Assembly (NCBI GenBank): GCA_965218295.1
Contig: CBDCKN010000015.1
Span: forward strand, 32,001-96,000
From: Longimicrobiales bacterium
GTDB taxonomy: Bacteria; Gemmatimonadota; Gemmatimonadetes; Longimicrobiales; Gaopeijiaceae
Direction: 5' to 3'
Length of the DNA stretch: 64,000 nucleotides
The notes beneath the pieces are model-generated. The model was not told the DNA's origin. It saw only the letters and a list, made by a program, of their open reading frames with translations, and searched no databases. A program made the translations under genes and the position numbers. Numbering within the stretch: the stretch's first letter is position 1; each line of letters starts with the position of its first letter. Below are positions 59,404 through 64,000 of the stretch, in pieces.

Positions 59404-61520
59404 GCAAACCGAAGCTCCTCAAGAGGGAGTTGAGCCTGTGGGATGTCTACGTCATCGCCACGGGCGCCACGCTGAGCTCGGGCTTCTTCCTTCTTCCGGG
59501 GCTCGCGGCCGCCGGAGCCGGGCCGGGAATGCCCTTGTCCTACCTTCTGGCCGGCCTCCTGCTGGTCCCCGGCCTGGTCAGCATGGCGGAGCTCGCTACG
59601 GCAATGCCGCGTGCCGGAGGGGTGTACTACTTCCTGGATCGCAGCATGGGACCCCTCATGGGCACGGTGGGGGGCTTCGGGACCTGGATTGCCCTTTCCC
59701 TCAAGGCCGCCTTCGCCCTCGTCGGTATCGGGGCCTATCTGCGGCTTTTCCTCCCCGACTTCAACCTCGTGCCCATCGCTGTAGCCTTTGCCGTTCTGTT
59801 CGGGCTCGTCAACGTTTTGGGAGCGAAGACGGCCACGCGGTTCCAGGGGCTCATGGTCGTGGGCCTGTTGTTGATCCTGGCGTGGTTCATGGGCACGGGG
59901 CTGATGCATGTGGAGCCGGGAAATCTTGCCGGGGTGTTCGGTCAGGCGCCGGCGTCCATCGTGTCCACGGCGGGCCTCGTCATCGTCAGCTACATGGGGC
60001 TCACAAAGGTGGCCAGCATAGCGGAGGAAGTTCGGAACCCCGAGCGGAATCTTCCCCTCGGAATGTTCCTGGCCTTCGGCACCGCCATCCTAGTCTACTC
60101 CGTCGGCACTGCGGTGATGGTCGGGGTCGTCTCGGCGGATATTCTGGCACGGAACGGGGGCGACCTGACGCCGGTGGCTACGGTGGCCGATGTGCTGGTG
60201 GGGCCCTGGGGGATGATCCTGGTGACGGCGGCCGCGGTCCTCGCCTTCTCATCCGTATCGAACGCGGCCGTGCTGAGTGCCTCCCGCTATCCCCTGGCCA
60301 TGAGTCGTGACAACGTTCTTCCCCTGTTCTTCTCGAAGATCCAGACCCGTGGGACGCCGGTGTACGCCATCTTCACCACGGTCGCGCTGATCCTTGCTTT
60401 CGTCGTGCTGTTCGACCCGACCAAGATCGCCAAGTTGGCGGGAGCATTTCAGCTCATGATGTTCGGGCTTAGCTGCCTGGCCGTGCTCGTCATGAGGGAG
60501 AGTCACATCGAGTCGTACGACCCGGGCTACCGCTCCCCCTTCTACCCCTGGCTTCACCTCCTGGGCGTGCTGGCCCCCTTCTGGGTCGTCATGGAGATGG
60601 GGCTCCTCCCCAGCCTGTTCACGGGAGGCCTCATCACGTTTGGCGCGATCTGGTATACCTACTACGCCCGCGACCGGGTGGACCGCGAGGGGGCCATCTA
60701 CCACGTGTTCGAGAGGCTCGGGCGCCAGCGCGACATCGGACTGAACCGTGAGCTCCGGCAGATCATGAAGGAGAAGGGTCTCCGTGACGCGGATCCCTTC
60801 GAGGAGGTCGTCGCGTCAGCGGCGATCATCGATACACCCGGCGGCACGGGCTTCCGTAACATCATATGGGAAGCCTCCGCCTATCTGGCCGAGACGTGCG
60901 ATACGTCGGCCAAGAGGCTGGGCGATGGCTTCCTGAAGGGGACGGTGGTGGGCATGACGCCGGTCTCCCACGGAGTGGCGCTCCCCCACCTCCGCCTCAC
61001 CACCATCGAATCTTCGCGGATGGTTCTCGTTCGATGCATCGACGGAATCGAGATGGACGTGGACGTAGAAGTGGGCTCCGCCGGGACGGCACAGGAGCAG
61101 CCCGAACCCGTACGGGCGGTCTTTTTCCTGGTCAGTCCCGAGAAGAACCCCGGCCGGCACCTCCGCATCCTCGGTCAGATCGCCGGACGCGTGGACAAGG
61201 AGGACTTCATGGACGCGTGGCTGTCGGCGTCCAATCACCAGGAGCTCAAAGAGGCCGTGCTTCGGGACGAGAGGGTGTTGGCCCTCACACTGGAGCCCGA
61301 CACCCCCGCCGCGTCACTCATCGGTCTCGCCTTGAAGGATCTGAACATGCCCGAAGGCACGCTCATCGCACTGGTGAGCCGCGAGTCGGAGGTCATCGTC
61401 CCGCGAGGCGCCACGGTGCTCGAGGAGGGCGACCGGCTCACCGTCATCGGAGAGCCCGCCGGCCTGAAGATCCTCGGGCAGCGCTTCAAGCGAAGACAGT
61501 CCGAGTCCGGATCCGCCTAG
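59400..61520 (+). CDS. APC-family amino acid permease fused to PTS EIIA and RCK-C domains
   Basis: LKREL, GATLSSG, MPRAGG, AEEVRNP, then GVALPHLR (EIIA) and PRGATVLEEGDRL (RCK-C). Confidence 0.88.
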   Translation: MSKPKLLKRELSLWDVYVIATGATLSSGFFLLPGLAAAGAGPGMPLSYLLAGLLLVPGLVSMAELATAMPRAGGVYYFLDRSMGPLMGTVGGFGTWIALSLKAAFALVGIGAYLRLFLPDFNLVPIAVAFAVLFGLVNVLGAKTATRFQGLMVVGLLLILAWFMGTGLMHVEPGNLAGVFGQAPASIVSTAGLVIVSYMGLTKVASIAEEVRNPERNLPLGMFLAFGTAILVYSVGTAVMVGVVSADILARNGGDLTPVATVADVLVGPWGMILVTAAAVLAFSSVSNAAVLSASRYPLAMSRDNVLPLFFSKIQTRGTPVYAIFTTVALILAFVVLFDPTKIAKLAGAFQLMMFGLSCLAVLVMRESHIESYDPGYRSPFYPWLHLLGVLAPFWVVMEMGLLPSLFTGGLITFGAIWYTYYARDRVDREGAIYHVFERLGRQRDIGLNRELRQIMKEKGLRDADPFEEVVASAAIIDTPGGTGFRNIIWEASAYLAETCDTSAKRLGDGFLKGTVVGMTPVSHGVALPHLRLTTIESSRMVLVRCIDGIEMDVDVEVGSAGTAQEQPEPVRAVFFLVSPEKNPGRHLRILGQIAGRVDKEDFMDAWLSASNHQELKEAVLRDERVLALTLEPDTPAASLIGLALKDLNMPEGTLIALVSRESEVIVPRGATVLEEGDRLTVIGEPAGLKILGQRFKRRQSESGSA

Positions 61521-61570
61521 GGCCCCTCAGGGTCGCGGCCCCAGAGGGCCGAAGCCCCCATGCGGGTGCA

Positions 61571-62668
61571 CTAGCGGTTCATGAGGACGGTCACCGACGC
61601 TTCGGCGTCGTTCGCCGTCGCAAGATCCAAGTCTCCGTCGCCGTCGAAGTCCGCCGCCACGATCTGATGCGGCTGCTGGCCCACCCCCACCGCCAGAGCG
61701 CTCGAGAACTGCCCCACCCCATCGTTCTCGAAGAGGGTTACGGAGTGAGCTGAGTACGCAGCCAAAGCGAGATCGAGGTCGCCATCCCGGTCGTAATCCC
61801 CCACCGCTGCGGCCCAGGGCGCGTCGGGCAAAACGATGACCGACTCCAACGACAGCGAACCCGCACCATCATTCTCCAGCACGAACGCTTCTCCCGTACC
61901 CGAGCTCGTGATGAGCACGTCCTGGTCTCCGTCGGCGTCGAAGTCTCCACCCACCGGAATGTGGTGTCTGCCCCCCAGGGAGAGGTCCGCCGACGCCTGG
62001 AATGAGCCCTGGCCGTCGTTCAAGAAGACGTTTACGACCGCGGCGCTGAAGCTGGGGACGACGAGATCGACGTCTCCGTCGCCGTCGAGGTCGGCCACGA
62101 CAGCACGTTCGGCCCCCGGGCTGGCGGCCAGGGTGGACGTCCGCACGAACGCTCCCTGCCCATCGTTGGCCAAGAGCGACACGCTGGCGCCACGGAAGTC
62201 GGAGACCACCAGATCGATGTCGCCATCACCGTCGATGTCCCCGGCAACGATCCCGTGGGGGCTCTCGCCGACGCCCGTGGTGGCTCCCGACGTAAACCCT
62301 GCCCGCCCGTCGTTGGAGAGCACGACGACCTGGTTTGCCCCAGCGTTCGCCACGGCCAGGTCCGTGTCCCCATCGTCGTCGAAGTCGCCGGCGGCCAGGG
62401 CCTCCGGCCGATCGAAGCCCTCGGTCGTGCCCCGAACGGTAAAGACGCCGCTTCCGTCGTTGAGCAGGACCGTCACTGTGTTGGCGGTCTGGTCGACCGT
62501 GGCCAGGTCCACGTCTCCGTCACCGTCGAAGTCCCCGGCCTGGAGGTTGTACGGCTGCGAAGGTGTGGTCACGTCGCGACGATCGAAGCGAAGTCTGGAG
62601 TCGTCCTGCGCCTCCAGCGCCCGGGCCGCAGGGAGCATCAGGAGAACAGTGAGCAGAAGAGCGGGCAT
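61571..62668 (-). CDS. Secreted FG-GAP/VCBS-repeat beta-propeller protein
   Basis: Signal peptide and seven D[F/I/L/Y]DxDGDxD repeats. Confidence 0.9.
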   Translation of the reverse strand: MPALLLTVLLMLPAARALEAQDDSRLRFDRRDVTTPSQPYNLQAGDFDGDGDVDLATVDQTANTVTVLLNDGSGVFTVRGTTEGFDRPEALAAGDFDDDGDTDLAVANAGANQVVVLSNDGRAGFTSGATTGVGESPHGIVAGDIDGDGDIDLVVSDFRGASVSLLANDGQGAFVRTSTLAASPGAERAVVADLDGDGDVDLVVPSFSAAVVNVFLNDGQGSFQASADLSLGGRHHIPVGGDFDADGDQDVLITSSGTGEAFVLENDGAGSLSLESVIVLPDAPWAAAVGDYDRDGDLDLALAAYSAHSVTLFENDGVGQFSSALAVGVGQQPHQIVAADFDGDGDLDLATANDAEASVTVLMNR

Positions 62669-62686
62669 TTCTGCGCGCGGAACGTG

Positions 62687-63349
62687 TCAGCCGGTCAGGA
62701 GCCCGTCCACGGCCCACGCGCAGGCGACGAAGCGGCCGTGATGGGACAGCGACAGGTCCACGGGCAAACGCTCGTCTTGCCGGCGCAAGGTCGGTATCCC
62801 CCCTTGGGTCACGATGTCGATCTCTGCCGGGGAGATGTTCATCAGGGACCCCACGGCGGTGCGCGCTAGATCTCTAACACGAACGCTGGGGCGGTCGCCC
62901 CGAGCTCCCGAGCCGTCGATCTCGACTCGGCCGACGCGAGCACGGGCGCCGATGGGGGGCTCGCCGGCGGCTCCGTCGTGGACTTCGGAACGGGAACCGG
63001 TCGCCTGATCTGCCACGGGCACGGCCAGAGCGTGCAGCCATTCGTCTGCTCGCTCGAACCAGACACTGAAGCGCGCCACCCCATGGCTCACCTCGGCCCT
63101 GGCGTCGTCGAGCATCCGGACGGCGAATTTCCTCGGGAAGAACCGTACCTCACCGTCGAGCTTCCGGGCGACCTTGAAGGCGCTTTCCTTGGCCGCCCAG
63201 AGAGACCATCGGAGTTGATGCGCGGAGCGGCTCCCGCGGATGCGGGCTTGTTCGGCGGGAGTGAACGCCCGGCTGTCGAAGCGGCCGTGGATCCTGTCGG
63301 CTTGGCTCCACGAATCTTGGAGATCGACGATATCGTTACCTACAAGCAA
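62687..63349 (-). CDS. 4'-phosphopantetheinyl transferase family protein
   Basis: VGNDIVDL, WAAKESAFK, SLSH. Confidence 0.85.
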   Translation of the reverse strand: MLVGNDIVDLQDSWSQADRIHGRFDSRAFTPAEQARIRGSRSAHQLRWSLWAAKESAFKVARKLDGEVRFFPRKFAVRMLDDARAEVSHGVARFSVWFERADEWLHALAVPVADQATGSRSEVHDGAAGEPPIGARARVGRVEIDGSGARGDRPSVRVRDLARTAVGSLMNISPAEIDIVTQGGIPTLRRQDERLPVDLSLSHHGRFVACAWAVDGLLTG

Positions 63350-64000
63350 AGTACCTCTGCTCCATACGCGCCAGTCGAGCTACGATCTGCTCGGCCAGGT
63401 CCATGGACCGCCGCAGGCCCGAATGCTCCGACTCGGGTTTGAAGAGCTCGAAGTCGACGTAGAACGAGTCTCCACGGGCCGGAACGGTGGACCAGGTCTT
63501 CTGTCGGTCACCGCGTATGTATACGCACAGTGCGCGGCAGTCCCGTACGGAGTTCAGGATCCTCCCCACCCCGTGGGCAATGGAGTCGGACTGCACACGC
63601 CCCGTGCGGCTACGCCCCGCCTCGGGAAAGATCAAAGCGGTGTCTCCCCGGGTGAGGAGATGTTGCACGCGCCTGATGACCCTGGACACGTCCTGCCGCC
63701 TCCCGCCCCGTCTTACGGGAATGCACTTCGTGAGCCAGGCACCGAACCGGCTGGGCCAAACAAACGCGTAGTTGGTGTACTCCGGCAGGTTCCACGGCAT
63801 GCGGGAGTAGTTGAAGACGTACCACCAGCTTCCCCCGAGGGCCCAGGCGACCACAGCGGAGTCGACCATGGTCAGATGGTTCGCGCAGATCAGCAGGGGT
63901 TGATCGTTCTCACGCATCATGGCGCGAAAGCGCTTGCGCAGCGCGCCGGCGTTCTTGACGTGATACCTCATCAGGAATCGCATCGCGAACACGATGGAGG
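63336..64000 (-). CDS. Lysophospholipid acyltransferase (PlsC-like), 5' partial
   Basis: NHLTMVD and IFPEAGRS motifs; the frame runs off the window edge. Confidence 0.85.
   Translation of the reverse strand, partial: SIVFAMRFLMRYHVKNAGALRKRFRAMMRENDQPLLICANHLTMVDSAVVAWALGGSWWYVFNYSRMPWNLPEYTNYAFVWPSRFGAWLTKCIPVRRGGRRQDVSRVIRRVQHLLTRGDTALIFPEAGRSRTGRVQSDSIAHGVGRILNSVRDCRALCVYIRGDRQKTWSTVPARGDSFYVDFELFKPESEHSGLRRSMDLAEQIVARLARMEQRYFACR

Noticed and set aside
61600..62550. Periodic DNA similarity
   Set aside because: Explained by FG-GAP protein repeats.
1..64000. tRNA, rRNA, CRISPR, prophage or defence genes
   Set aside because: No recognisable signatures by eye; covariance-model scans were not run.

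Overview
High-GC (roughly 65%) bacterial chromosomal window, mostly housekeeping and metabolic genes. Protein style (HU sequence, DUF4159/MoxR cluster, DUF5916 protein) suggests Gemmatimonadota; this is an inference, not a database result. Contents include heme genes (ChdC/HemQ-like, heme o synthase, ferrochelatase, HemY), serA with a class V aminotransferase, typA, apaG, a DtxR/MntR regulator, two DEAD-box-like genes (one with degenerate catalytic motifs), HU, infA, cyclophilin and ferritin. Larger modules are a DUF4159-DUF4159-MoxR-DUF58-BatA/VWA-coiled-coil operon, a two-domain multicopper oxidase plus ZIP transporter behind a DtxR-type operator, an Ig-repeat lipoprotein beside an IS91-like remnant, a pilin pair, a three-gene 2-oxoacid:ferredoxin oxidoreductase operon, an APC-PTS EIIA-RCK fusion, and FG-GAP/PPTase/acyltransferase genes at the right edge. 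The most striking pattern is about 14 frameshifted, nonsense-interrupted, truncated or collapsed genes plus C:G>T:A changes at conserved residues, consistent with ongoing genome erosion, although assembly error could explain part of it. Two non-coding structured elements stand out: a 127-bp hairpin element at 30.0 kb and a candidate terminated small RNA at 14.1-14.3 kb. No rRNA, tRNA or CRISPR array was seen.
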